Positions 38,101-51,324 are shown, numbered from the whole stretch's first letter. The stretch: 63,137 bases of DNA, filler included, from Choristocarpus tenellus KU-1152 (GCA_964200185.2; 9 parts of 9 records of this genome joined end to end with filler, not necessarily neighbours in it); one strand, 5' to 3'. The notes: generated by a model not told the origin, from the sequence alone. Numbers and translations are program-made.

Positions 38101-41100
38101 TGCCAGTGGAGTGATAATCACTTTCCCCACAAAACCTCCCCCCTTTCCCTCCATGTATCACCTCGCTTTATCAATGCTGACAGTCTTCAACCTGACATGT
38201 ACTCCGGAGTATGTACTATCTGGACGCCAAATACTTCAGGCTTTATCTCTGTACTCTCATCTGAGCGTTCAATATGGAGATCAACCAACCCCATCGGAAA
38301 CATCTGATTTGAACTATCGAATCAGAGTATTGACGATATCAAAAGATCATTAACTCCTGCAGACCCAGCCATATCCATTGTTCTGCTCACCCATTGCAAG
38401 CCCCTAACCACAGGAGGCCAATGTCTGCCAGGGATGCTAGGGTTACAACAAAGTCGAACGTCTGCCGACCAGTGGAAAAGTAGCAACGAGGACCCAAACC
38501 AACGATTACAACAGCAGCCTCAAGTGTGAAGACGAGGGCAAATACGTAGTTGAAATAGTTCAGCACTGTTTCCTGGACTGCAGGGGAATCTGCCCGGTCT
38601 TCAGGGGTTGGTATGGAGGGAAGGGGGTAGCAGAGATGAGGATGGTAAAGCGTGAGACCAGATGGCTTGATTCGTTGAGGGAGCGATAGTAGAGGTGACT
38701 AAAAAGAGGCAAGCTAACTGCATCAGACGGGTGCAGGGTTATTAGTAAAGGCTGTGTGCTACTGTACAGAAAAAAAATAAATGAATGAGCATCTGTGGAC
38801 ACGGTTCCGTAGAGTGCTATGACTCATTGAATTAGACAACTCCAAAATATGCGAATGCCCTGAGAAGTGCATATATATTTTTATTTATTTATTGGGTTGC
38901 TACATCTCTCTTTTTGTGAACTTTTCTGTTTTTCATATGCTCAATCTGAGCCCCTGAAAAAGTTCCTGTTTCCTTGTTGACGGAAGAGAGCAACCCCAGC
39001 ACATTTTTGCCATCACTCTCACCAAAAGCCAGGACAAAAGCGTTTATGACCAGGACAATAATGACAAAATTGTTGAAGCGGCTGCTCAAGACCATAAGTT
39101 GGAGTTGATCTCGCCAACCCTTAGGGGAGCATTTGACGGGAGCAATGATGGGCTTGACCTGTATGGTATTACATGTTATGGTTGGTTGTTCGCAATATTA
39201 CAGAGGGGAGAGAACAGTTATGCAAACTGTTTATATATATATATATATATATGGTAAGGATGGGTAGACAAAACGTTGCACAAACACACAGGTGCATTAG
39301 CGCATCAACAAAAAAATCTGCAGTCCACAAGAACACACAGGGGTAGCATCAGGGAAATCAAAGGGGCTATAAAACCAGGGAGGAAAAGATATTGAGTGGG
39401 AGTGTATTCATGGATATATTCACAGATGTTTTTGATACAAAATGCAATCCTTTTTTCCAGGCAGGAAATTATAAATTTCATTCCTCCGCCTAAGAAGACA
39501 TTATCTACAATGGTGATAAGGTGAATTACCAAGTGTAATCCGACATATTCCATGGAATCATTTCCTTGTGATATGATGAAGATTCAATTTCTCAACAGAT
39601 TGACTACGTCCACAACATACAGGAATTCAATATTTGTACTTGGTTGCAACGACTCTATCTTGTCAGGGGTTCGACAAGCTGACCCTAACTCTAATCTCAA
39701 CATTAAGTTCTCAGAAAAAAAAGCTCTATGTATATATATATATATGTCACTTTGGAGTACCAAATAAGTGCAATTGATGCAGAGGGAGTGAAATGATACT
39801 ATCGCACCACATTTATAGGTTGTTTGACTCTGATCCGTTTTGTTGACTTGGTGGTATTCCATCATTGATTCCAGTCCTTCCTCTACTAAGTGAGGCGCGA
39901 CCTCATACTTCCAATTCGTATCCTCAAAAATATGCAGTAAGACACGAGAGAGTAAGCGCTACAGTTTGTACTGTGGTAGAGGTAATGTTCTTGACCTCCA
40001 CAGAGTTTGGTTTGGATTGAAGGGGTTGGTCATGATGCACAGAGTTTTTCCACTTCGCTCCATACTGCAAAAAAAATCCTAGCACCTTCTTGCCTCAAAC
40101 ACACACCCACTCATCCCAGAAACCACAATCTATCTCTGGTGAAGTCGGATTCTTACTTAAAACTTTTCATACCTGACACAACCTTTTCTCATAATCCTTC
40201 CACCGTCGCTCCTGTTGAGATATGAGATGTCCGTTCTCATCCATGTTCTTGAAGGACAAGAAGGCTTCGAACAGTACACCTACAAATAGGTTGGTAAGGT
40301 AGAAGCCAAATACAATCACTCCGACGAAGAAGTACCAAAAGTTATTTACCTGTTTTTTGAGTAGGTGCGGATTGATAAGGCAAGTTCCAAAAACGATGAT
40401 GGGAGTATCAGATAAGAGAGAAGAGAGGAGAAGGGGGTAGAAACCTGGTCAAACTCGAGGGAAGACCTTACTCAGTCAGGGTATTTGCCCACACCAGGTT
40501 TTGCCCTTATTTTTATCACATGGCATATTGTACTTCTCGTCATTTCCTTCTGTAATATTGATTGCCATAGAAGATAACTAGCATTTGTGGCATAACCTAA
40601 GAGGCCAGATAGGGTGTTTTTTTGCTTCTCTCTTGCCACATATTTGAGACAGGGCAAAATCATTTAAGAGGCTAGGAGTTCTGCCCTGTTTGTCCATTTG
40701 GACTTGGCTTCCCACAGGTTTTTTTATGCCCTTTTTCGGTATTTTGTGTGAACACAGTTACTTGAAATGTATACGACTATGAAAGGTGTGTCTGTAGAAA
40801 GGATATTGACACTTACTCACAAACAAAATAGGCAAAATTAATCAAAATCGCAACATTGGATTTATGACCCTGAACGGCTCTACCCTCTTAAATTCTTTGA
40901 TGCAAAATCAAATCCTATGCCTGATTCTATTTTCATGTAAATACTCTTGGGAATGTGATTCGAACGGGAATTGATCTACATGTAGTGATTCACACGCACA
41001 CTCTTGTTTATGTCATAGCTGTGTTGCATTGAGAACCCTTGCTGTTACATGTAATACTGCAGTGACCTTTGACCAAGCAATGATGCAATTGAAGAAAGTC

Positions 41101-44100
41101 CAATCTTTCCTACTATGCTTGAAGTACATTCATTTACAGGTACTTCGAAGCACCAAGTATGATCTGTGGACCAAAGTAAACGAGAGGTACACATGTTTTT
41201 GCCTCTATGCTATTAAAGTCTATTTTCAATCTTTTACAATTCACCTATAGTTCTACGAATGAAGTTCTAAGTTTTACATGAGAGTGTTCATTTCTTCATT
41301 GTTTGAAAATATTCCTACAAAATTCAGATATATCCTACGCACATTTAGAAAAAGTCGAATTTTGCAGATATTTGTCGACATCATCCAATAAAAAGCAACT
41401 CTGGGTACCTCTTGTTTACATTGATTCCATTGATCTTTATATTTGTATCTTTAATACAATATTTGACGATTTTTACTAAGGGGCACGTCTCACGTTACCA
41501 CACAGGGTTTATTATACAACTGTAGTTTTCAGGAGCAATAACTAGCACCGAAAGGTATTCATTCAAGAGATAGGAGGGGGGAGTGGAGCTCACATTACTA
41601 TTCTTGTCCAATTGGTAATCAACTTTGTAGGTGTTGATGGCAGTCCTGAACAAGCTGAGCCAGCCATCAAGAGTGGACACGATGAAGACAGACAACATGC
41701 TGTTACCAATGCTGTTAAAGTTGTACCTATTCTTGCGATGTTAGAGGTGTGACTGGTCAGCCAGGAAGCATTTGCTAAGGAGGTGAGGCAGCCAGGACAG
41801 TCCACTCTTTTGATGACTAAGCCTTGTAGAATTATGTACAAAAATAAGATGGAAGAGATAGGAGAAAATAGTTCTAAGATATTTGACAAAAATGTGATGA
41901 TATACTACAGTTCTATATAGATAATTTTCAAGGTATAAGAAGTGTTTTTGATGATAAAACGCACTAAGTACCTTAGTAAAAATGCAAAAGCATTGTTATC
42001 TGTTGTATACCAAAAACTAAAAAAGCAATCGGTTATAAAGGAGAAATAAAATGATGTCATTGTTTCCTCTTAAATTATAATTTTGTTGATTATAACTTAT
42101 CAGAATAAAAATTTCTAAAACATTATTTATTTAAACATAGCAGGAAATTCTGGTTTGAATAATCTGGCATTTTTAGCTTGATTGTGTAAATTCTGATAAG
42201 TTATAATCAACAAAATTATAATTTAAGAGGAAACAATGACAACCTTGTTGCAGCAGGTCAGTAGGCCAGGATGCTATGCACAGTCAATTTTATATAAAGT
42301 AAGGGATGCTCTGATGGGGGGCTGAGCACTCCTCGGACATGTGTATATTGCATTATCCATCTCAGTGTAGTCTCGTAAGTTGCTACACTGATGAGCACCA
42401 TGGAGTGGCAATAGGGGCAAGAAAAGGTTACTTACACAGGGTTTTCCCACGTGAAGTTTCTCATCTCCGTGAGTCCGCTGTTGGGATTAACCCAGGAGCC
42501 AGAGCATGGAGGACTCAACCATTCACCGCTATATGGGTTGAAAACCCCATATCGATATCCCTTATCTGGGAATAAAGGATCACTACACATATTGGGAAGG
42601 TTGCAATAACTGATGTAAGCTAGGGAATGTGAAGAGTAGAAGGAAGTTGAGTGTGCACAATATCGAGGAAAGGAGGTGACCTAAGAATCAAACCATCTCT
42701 TCCATAAGAGAAGAATCGTCTGAAGTCACATCAAGTGCGAACTCTGAGCCCTATATATCACCATGGCAAACAGTGACTATTCGAACAAATGTGTGGGGAG
42801 AATATGAGGCGAGCAATCCCTCAAAAACAGTTCTTGTATATGGCCAGGATATCTCTCAGCGAAGGAGACCAATAATGGTGCTATCTAGCAATCTTTTCCT
42901 AATGCTGCGGTGAAAAAACGTTGAATATGCCACGGAGACAGAGTGACGCACATTTCTGTATTGCTATAGGGGTTATAACTACTCCAAGTATATACTGATA
43001 AGCATTGGTGAGATAAGGATCGATTGTGCCTGTGTAATGAGAAGCAGCACAGTGGTGTTTCAGTTTTAGCAAAATATTTTGTTTCATTCCTACTCTAGGT
43101 AGTGGGGTAATACCCAGCTGACTGGAGGGGTGTTGCAAAGTTCCACTGTCGGTGGGCACATATCGGAAAACGAATGTACAAGTTTCCCCCGATTTCAGAA
43201 GTGCCACCCTAGGTCAGATTCCACTATTCCCAGTAACACACCTGCAGGAATAAAATAGACCATTGAATAGCTCCATGCCCACCAGGCTGTAGCCCAACCA
43301 TATTGTGCCAATGAGGATTAGTAGTGTCCCACAGGTACTAAGGGAGTGAATCAGGGCTGCAGCCAGCTCTTCCAGAGACTGTACCATGAGGCAATATGGT
43401 GTTGACCATGTTGCATGTATGGAAGGATTATTGGGGCATGATGACGTTGACGTCTAACAATGGATTGGTTGACAGTTTGTGTTGGTTCTACTCAACATTG
43501 AGGTGTTTTCATCAGCTCGGTTTGTGGCCACATGTGAATTTAGGAATGCCAACCTCCCACCTTGATTCTGTTGATGACACGCAGAGGGCGCGCAGATTTT
43601 AGTACCCTCTTCATGCTCACCAACTTGTGTATTCCAGCAGCCTGGGCGCGAAGGATCATTACACGAGAAAGTCAACGACAGGTTGCAATGTGTGTGTAAA
43701 TTGAGGAGTGACTAGGGTCAAGAGGTTGCGTAATGATCCATACTCGACAGCGAAGAGTTTAAGGAAAGTTATTGGATCCAGGTTATTCTACTCTAACCCA
43801 CTGATAAAGAATTTCAATCAAGTGTAGATAGGAATCCAGCAATTTGTAGTCTAAATGTATAGCATCTATGGGTGCTTGCCCAATGGAGTAGCCACTGAAA
43901 ATTAACTCCCAGTAGGCTTTTCTCAGAAGCAATACAGAGAAACCAGGAATATATTGCTCTTGCCTTGAGGTTATTGACTGCATCACTCATAACAATTGAT
44001 AATGGAGATCGCCCATGATCTTCTACAATATCCATTCCACGCCCCTACGCTCACCGTTAACACTCCCGTGACCAAGTGTGTGGCGATAAGATACACATCC

Positions 44101-44839
44101 AGGATGTACCAGGGGTTTCGAAGGATGGCATTGGGACCAACCCACCAGCTGTGGCACCCAACACGTGCTGTCAGCTCAGCACAGAAGGCGAGCAGGCACA
44201 AATAGTCCAGGACGTTGACTGGGTGCATGGGGTCCTGCTCTACATACATAGACAATGAACTGGTGCCAGGGGGGAAAGGGGGCGGAAGAAGTTGCACTGA
44301 GCTGAGGAGGAAAGAGGAAGCATGCTGGTTTCTTGGCCTAATGAGTGAAAGTATCTTTGAGGGTACGAATTTTGCCCTGTTTGTCCGCTTGGGGCTTGGC
44401 TTCCCACAGGATTTTCATGACATTATATCTACTCGGAAATGTTTTGAAGTAGGTAAAATCTATACACTATAAAATGGTGTGTCCAGAACAAGGATATTGA
44501 CACTTTCTAACAAGCACGGTAGCCAAAATTACATCAATATTACAACATTGGATTTTGACCTCCAAACGGACGAGACCCTACCCTCTAAGATGATTTGAAT
44601 ATACCACCGCAGTTGTTGATTGGCATCACTTATTTTAGTTTGATGGCAAGGCAGCAGGAGACCTATGATTTTGAAGTAGGTGGAGGGGGTATGTGTGTTG
44701 TCATATAAATAGAGATTCAGGATCCTGGACACTATTCACTCACGTGCTGACAAACACAAACCCAAGCATGACCCCCTCAAAGTGCCGATTGTTGACAATG
44801 TCACTGCAGTATAACCTAAACCGACTTCGGTTCAAGTGC
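35131..44839 (-). CDS. Four-domain voltage-gated Ca2+/Na+-type channel alpha subunit, domains III-IV and proximal C-terminus (5' half not on this contig; 3' end uncertain)
   Basis: Phase-consistent exons 44744-44839, 44055-44259, 43561-43641 (S4 KRVLKSARPLRVINRIK), 43242-43378, 42436-42582, 41594-41726 (pore STLDGW), 40173-40349 (S6 TNLFVGVLFEAF), 39023-39158, 38391-38577, 37483-37687 (S4 RLVRSLRVFRVIRL), 37126-37289 (pore ATGEAW), 36792-36849 (NLFIMVIVETF), 35898-36014 (FQELWSTFDPEGHG), 35194-35304 (LKKPLG). Confidence 0.93.
40652..40903 (+). mobile_element. MITE subfamily A' in channel intron
   Basis: Collinear with 1612-1888 and with family A internal blocks. Confidence 0.8.
41168..41427 (+). 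mobile_element. MITE family C, diverged copy
   Basis: CCAAAGTAAACGAGAGGTAC ... GTACCTCTTGTTTACATTGATTC inverted ends; interior collinear with 52715-52967. Confidence 0.75.
42055..42241. repeat. Perfect 52-bp inverted repeat with 83-bp spacer
   Basis: 42055-42106 TGTCATTGTTTCCTCTTAAATTATAATTTTGTTGATTATAACTTATCAGAAT is the exact reverse complement of 42190-42241. Confidence 0.95.
44343..44597 (+). mobile_element. MITE family A, right TIR eroded
   Basis: AAT-GAGTGAAAGTATCTTTGAGGGTA ... TACCCTCTAAGAT. Confidence 0.88.
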
Positions 44840-44973
44840 CTGAAGTGGGGAGACGCAATGGGTTGAGGCAATAGTAGTGGGTTCAAAACTGAATCGTTGT
44901 AGGATTGAAAGAACGGTTTGTGCTATGATTAGAGCAATGTAGTATTTGAATCTCACTCAAAAGACGCAAGAAT

Positions 44974-45231
44974 GAGTGAAAGTATCTTAGAGGGTACGAG
45001 TTTTTCCTTGTTTGTCCATTTGGGGCTTGAGTTCCCACGGGTTGCTAATGACATTTAACCAAGCCCAAAATGTTTCGAAGTAGGAAAAATGTGTATGTTA
45101 CGAAAAGGTGTGTCCGGAACAAGGATATCGGTATCTCCTAACAAATATGATAGACGAAATCAATCAAAATCGCAACGTTGGATTTTGGCCCCCAAATGGA
45201 TGCGGCTCTACCCTCTAAGATACTTTGACTC
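44974..45231 (+). mobile_element. MITE family A, full length (258 bp), TSD AAT/AAT
   Basis: GAGTGAAAGTATCTTAGAGGGTA ... TACCCTCTAAGATACTTTGACTC, with AAT on both flanks. Confidence 0.95.
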
Positions 45232-45691
45232 AATAGTTAGTATCAAGAGAAGGAAACTTGAGGTGATTTGTATACTTTTCCCATAGAAAAGTGGTGTGTC
45301 TATTTCTCACCACCGTATCCACGTGGCCCTGTTCAATCGTTGGCCAAATACGCCATCCAGGGACTCCCACCACTTGACAGTATGTTTCTTCACCACCATT
45401 GTAGTAAACGCACCATAAAGAGCACCAGGGAGGTGCTGTGTTTTGTGCGTATTGCATGTCATGTGTGGAGGTACAGAAGAGGAACGGAGGGCAGTGGGGA
45501 TGCTGTAAATGACCCAAAGTATCTGGGGGGGGGGGTCTACACCAGNNNNNNNNNNNNNNNNNNNNNNNNNNNNNNNNNNNNNNNNNNNNTTAATTAATTA
45601 ANNNNNNNNNNNNNNNNNNNNNNNNNNNNNNNNNNNNNNNNNNNNCCCCCACCCCCCTCCCCCTGTGACCCCCCCATTTGCTTGGTGGCAG

Positions 45692-45875
45692 GAACTTTGT
45701 GTTCTTTTATGTTCTCATCATGCACCTTGTGGTGTTTTTCACACTCCACTACTGGGTGCACAGCACTAATAACATCTCGTGTGTCACAAATGACACTGCC
45801 TCTGATGCGCATGCTGCAGCTGTTCTGGCTATGCATGCTGCCATGAATCCCTTGTTGGACACACCAGAGCCATGA
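45692..45875 (+). CDS. Terminal exon of a CASP/golgin-84-type Golgi coiled-coil protein (C-terminal TM anchor)
   Basis: After a CAG acceptor: RNFVFFYVLIMHLVVFFTLHYW, matching the R..FFY...H.LVF..L transmembrane motif with conserved Tyr and His; stop TGA at 45873-45875. Confidence 0.75.
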
Positions 45876-46679
45876 TGGTTGCTTGCAGTCTTATTGCCAT
45901 TCCTAGTCAAAAACAGCTAGGAGTGGTGTATTTTTTTTGTTTCTATTTGGCGGCCAATGCTTCAGCAAGCCTAGCACAGGGCCGTAGAGGTGAATAGTTA
46001 GTTGACCCAGGTGGTGCTCTGTAAGGCCGCATGTGTGCTGGTTGAGTGGGTGTTGAGTTTAACATGGTGGAAGCTTCCTCGAGAAGTTGCACCATGTGTA
46101 CTGCAATGGCGTGAGAAGGTTAGGGATGTGGAACCTTTGTCCAACACTTCAATACAGAGGAGTGAGAAATTACGCTTTGAGTGTAAACATCACACTTGAA
46201 TATTCGATTTTATTATGATCAAAATGGTTCTTGATTTAGTTTTACTTTTTATGTCCAGCACATGCTGGGTTTAGTGCTAGATCCTACGGATGGATTCATT
46301 AGCACAATAGAGCTCTAGCTACGGGTGTTGGGGATAACATAATGATGGTGAAGGCAGGCACTACAAATGCGCTACTTGCTCTGTTAGGGATGAGTATAAG
46401 CTGTTTTGCTTGGATGAACAAGCATACCGTGTAGGGAAGGTAGTTCTTGCAGCTTCACAGTGGGCGGCTTAGAGCAGGTAGACTAAGTTGTTTTTCACCG
46501 AGATTTTAGAGGCCTTCATATAATGGGTTTTGGAAAACCCTCACGAACAATAATGATATACCATATTTCTCATCTACAGGTTGCCCTGTATACTCTTTGA
46601 ATTGGTGCTGAACAGAGGATGTGTATGCTTTTATCTTGGTAGAGCAATATTTTTACATATCAATGACTGATTTTCAATA

Positions 46680-49678
46680 TTTCCTTACTCTTGGAAACAA
46701 GTCTCAAGATAAGCACTACTACTACTGTGCTTGCTTGTCAAGTCTGTGCCTGCTTCCCTATCTCTAATCCTGGGCCTACTATTAATGAGCACTTTAGAGT
46801 AGGTCTTCACTCTCCTTGAAGTAGTTGTGCATGTTGTCTCTTGACCAGCTCCTTGGTGTTTTTTGTAGTGTTTCCTGCTCTTTCCTCACATACCCCTTCC
46901 ACTGCATCCTTGATTAATCCCAATCCTGAGCCTCTACCTTTTGCACTTAGGTGTGGAGAATCAACAATAATTAATACCACTCCGTAGAACTCTTAACTGG
47001 AGCAAAAATGGCAAGCGGCAATAACCTCTGCGATCGGTCATTGACTTACCTCTGTAAAGCATTTTCTCTGAGGTCTATGTTTCAATCTAAAGGAGGATTG
47101 TTGGTTTGGATAGTAATGAGTAGGCAAGTTCCGATGCCGTGTGGAGTGGAGTAACTGTTCGTGTTTAGAGAGACACCTTCAGGAAATTCAAACTGGAAAA
47201 GAAAACGATGCACGAAAACTGTAGCATCGGGATATTATATGTTTGCTCGACATTGTCTAGGAAAAGAGAATTGTAAGACACTTGCGTTTTGGTTTGATGT
47301 TTACGTATCTGTGACTTGAGTGAGTGGTTTGAAACTTCTCTCTTGCCAAGGGACTTAAGGATGTTCATGGGCCCAAGAATATACCTTCACAGAGATTTGG
47401 AGGACTTTTGAGGGGAAGGATTTCTAACTCGAAGTGATAGGCTTAACTGTGTGCTGTGAGAGTGGAAACAATGAGTGAGGCGTTTGCACTGTTGGGAGTG
47501 GTGTAACCAATTAGCTGGTGGTGTTTCACAAAAAAGCAATTGCATTTTGTCAATCAATACTGCAGGCAGCAACACACAGTTCTTCCTCCTGATTTGAAGG
47601 GGTTCGATCTCCACCACAGAAGATGGCAAACAAGTATAGTGAAGTAGGATCCCAGATGTTGCTTACCTGTGTGAACTCCTGAAAATTCCACCGGATTTTT
47701 TGCCCCAACTTTCGATCTGGTGGTTACGCTTATCTATGATTGGCTCCGTAATCAATCCCAGTTCCCAAACCGCCTTGCCCTTACCCTTTGAACTGTTTAG
47801 TACATATTATCAGTTAATCTAGAGTAACGGCTACAGGACCTCATACATACCATTGTCATAACCTCAGAGGTGTCTTTGGCGGCCAAATGATTTGGAAGGA
47901 TTAAGTGCACACTTAGTAGGGGAAATCTAGTGCGGTGGATCGCAAATAGAGCGTACTCCCATTTCCCTGGACCACCTGTCCACTTTCAGTACTGAATTTT
48001 ATGTTATTCCTCTACTGCTATGTTGTGATCAAGATATGGAGCTATTATGAAATGCCTTATTTTCTAAGGAGTTTCTGATCCTTACTTCTTGAAATAGATG
48101 AGGGCTACAGCAGCAGCACAAAGAATTATATTGCAGTAGCCATCGTCCTCTCGTCGTTTTTTAAACATTCCAAGCGGAACACCATGTCCAGATACAACTT
48201 CATGAGGTACAGACTCGAAAATTTCCCTCAAAGCACTCGTTTGCACACTCTCCTCCTCCTAAGTATGTATATTCTAGTGAGAGTGGAAAATAAGAAATGG
48301 TACACCAATGATCCTACTTCAAAAGCATTCTGAACAACACAAATTTGTTTCGCATCTTTTACGTATAAAAAACTGCGTGCCATCAAATAGAAACGACCAG
48401 TAACAACTACTCAGTAAAAAAGAAACAACTTTCCGAGATGCCAACACTGCATCCAACGGGATGTGCATTTCCAGCAGAAACATCTAATGGAGTACGCTGA
48501 AAAACCTCAATTAACAAAAAGATTGCAACCATCTATCTGGAAAACTAATTTACAATTGTGAAAGATTGTTGTGTTCTAGTAGTGACTTTGCTGTGGAGAA
48601 AGTATTACGCAAAACATGCAATGTGTATACAATGTTGCAAAGAACGACCCTTACCGTGACATATTTAGAGAGGATATGGGCGACTCTCTGTCTCTGCTGA
48701 GTGAGACTGGCAAGGATGAATCGGCACAGAACACCTACAAATACACTGGACATACTACAGAAACAATTTCGTGAAATACACATAATACAAAGACAAACAA
48801 GGTTGAATACCATACACCTCAACAAACAAATCCTACCTTCCTTGGGTTGGGAGGGTATGGGCACCAAATCCGGCCATCACCAAACTGTACAGGAACCACT
48901 GCACGATCCGATTGTGCGCCTCAGATGAAGCAATAGTAGAAAATGCCTTGGTTGCAACAAGTCTCATCTACCTTCCTGCAATTGACCTATAGCTAACAAC
49001 AAGGCAGTGCACACCTGCATAGATGGCTTCTGGCACAGAGATTCGGCATAGTCACAGAAGAGAGCTCCAACAGGGTTCCTGAGTCAACAACTAGGACTGT
49101 GAACGTGACAAGTACACCTCAGGTGGCATGGATTGCCTCTGCCACAAAATGCCTGTGCAATCACAAACAAAAGCTGCAAAACTCTATCCCAGGGAAGACC
49201 ACCATCATGACCTACACACCTTGTTGGGACAAAACTATGCTTGTAGGTTATCCCCTACCCCTCCATGCTTTCCATACAGATATTTAGTAACCATTAAAGA
49301 AACACATACTACATCTAGCTGCTAACTGACCCACAAGAACAACTTGATTTTCTTAGGGTTGGGTTGGGAACACCTGAAACGAATGGTGTTCCAGCACTAA
49401 TACACAATATGTGACAATGTTTTGCTCTACCTTACCTGTCAAAAACGAAAAATGTAAAATTCCACCCTCCCTTTCCAGGCAACATAGTCGCAAGGCTAAA
49501 CAAGATAAAACTGCAGTACAGTATCTTCAACAGATCGATACAGTGCACACCATGACCAATTTAATCATTACCTCGTAGCTGGCCTTTCCCCAACCCAACA
49601 GACAAAGGCTAATTGCCTGTTGCACCACTTCCACATCTGACCATTGCCTAGTGCGACTAATTGTAAGAACATCTTGCT
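46680..49678 (-). CDS. Multi-exon gene of unknown function
   Basis: Phase-compatible exons about 48972-49078 (NPVGALFCDYAESL...LQE), about 48655-48734 (VLCRFILASLTQQRQ...KYVT), about 48086-48258 (EEESVQTSALREIF...IYFK), about 47667-47792 (SKGKGKAVWEL...SHR). Candidate further exons at about 49572-49678 and about 46690-46945. Confidence 0.55.
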
Positions 49679-49739
49679 CAGGTGAGAGGTGAGGGTACTA
49701 GTACCAATTGAAAAATAGAAACAGATTGTAAATCGTCAA

Positions 49740-51324
49740 TCACCATTTGGCCATGACAGGGTGACGGGTCGACCCCCTTGCACTGCCCACAAAACCCCTC
49801 ATCGTTGACTTTGGAAAGGACTTCTGCATGAATGCAACAATGGATCCAGGGAGAGATCCCCTCGGGTCAGTTTGCGTCTCAAACTCGATTCTTGTACGCC
49901 CATCCTCTACTGCTGACAGCAACCAGGATGTCCAGTGAACTTGTGCCCGCACCACTGTCTCATAAACAGGATGCAAGGGATGCTCAGTGGAGTGATCTGC
50001 ATGAGAGTCGGGTAGGGTGTTGGTAGAGGAAGGTACTTGGGAGAGGAAGGGACGTAGGGGTCACATGCATGGGGAGGTTGAGCTTAATGGACGCCATGTA
50101 GGGTACAAAATAGAAGTGGAAATGAAGCTAATAAGGTGCATTTTTCCATCCTTATTGGACAAACTACTCGGCTCAGACATGATACAAGAATAGTGCAACT
50201 TTAAGGCTTCACACAGCACCTTGAGTGTTGACTACCATTCAGGCACCTCTGCAGTCATCGAGATACATGGTAAACACCCCCTCTAACCCACTGGCTCCTT
50301 CCCATTCCAGAAGAATTCGCAGGGACAGAAAATGAAAGAGATATAAGCATCGGCTTTTCAGCAACAAAATAAAATATTGAGATGACCAACTACCTCCCCC
50401 TCCCTTTTGTCCTCAGTATACCTTCAACTCCTTGTCAGCTGTGGTTTACTCACATGTAGCATGCATGCTCTTTGCCTTCTTGTCTATTTGTATTGTTCGC
50501 TGCAAGACAATATCCCGATCCCTCACGGGCCAAGGCATGTCATACTTCTGGTAAATTAAATCCACATGGGGCCCATTTATCGCTGTCACTCCCTTGCTCC
50601 TTCTGCTGCCCTTTATATCATGTTCTTTCACCTCCACCAGAAATCGCACCCACTCAAGGGTCAGGGAGGTATCAAGGAAAGCTGTATAGAGTTGACTGAT
50701 GTGTTCGTCCACCACAGTCTCCCCACGGAAGGCAATCACGTGACTGCCAGGCACACGGTGCATCAGAGTACGGACGCCCTCGGTGTCTTCCACAACCTTG
50801 AGTTGTTTTAAACAAAACGACAGAGGTTGGGAAGCGGAAGAGACTAGTACGAGCGACGAACAGTTCGATGTGTGAGTGTTTCTAAAATCGGCAATTATCT
50901 CCACGGGATAAACAAATAATAGTATCACTAATCCTCTCGCTGAAGCTTCGTTGACGTTGGGCTGAAACAAGAAATACCTTCTATCTTAGTTCCAGAGGTC
51001 ATCGTGTGGTCGATCTAGGTCACTGGGCGCGGGCTACCTAGTCACTTCTGCCAGTGAAGATACGGGTAATATGTAGACTTTCCCTTGACAAGCATTAGCG
51101 AGAAAAATGGCGGCAGCTAAACCCGAGGCGGTTTGCTGGTAATCTTGTGACATGCTACAGATCCATAATACCTGCCAATCGATCGATGTCCTGTTGATGT
51201 CATCCTGAGAATTTCCATGTTTCTCGCGTCCCCAGCTTCCCCAAGCACCGAGCAAGGCAGAGATGACGATAGGTACCACCAGGAGAAGCCGTTGGAAGGT
51301 GAGCAATTGCCAACGAGAGGTCAT
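49740..51324 (-). CDS. START-domain lipid-binding protein, 250 aa, N-terminal hydrophobic signal or anchor
   Basis: Exons 51172-51324, 50454-50796, 49740-49996 total 753 nt in frame. Motifs W..V....GV, AFRGETVVD, YDMPWPVRDRDIV, DPRGSLP. Confidence 0.92.

Noticed and set aside
2823-44839. TRP and Cav-type genes as an ion-channel cluster
   Set aside because: They lie on different contigs joined artificially, so there is no evidence of linkage.
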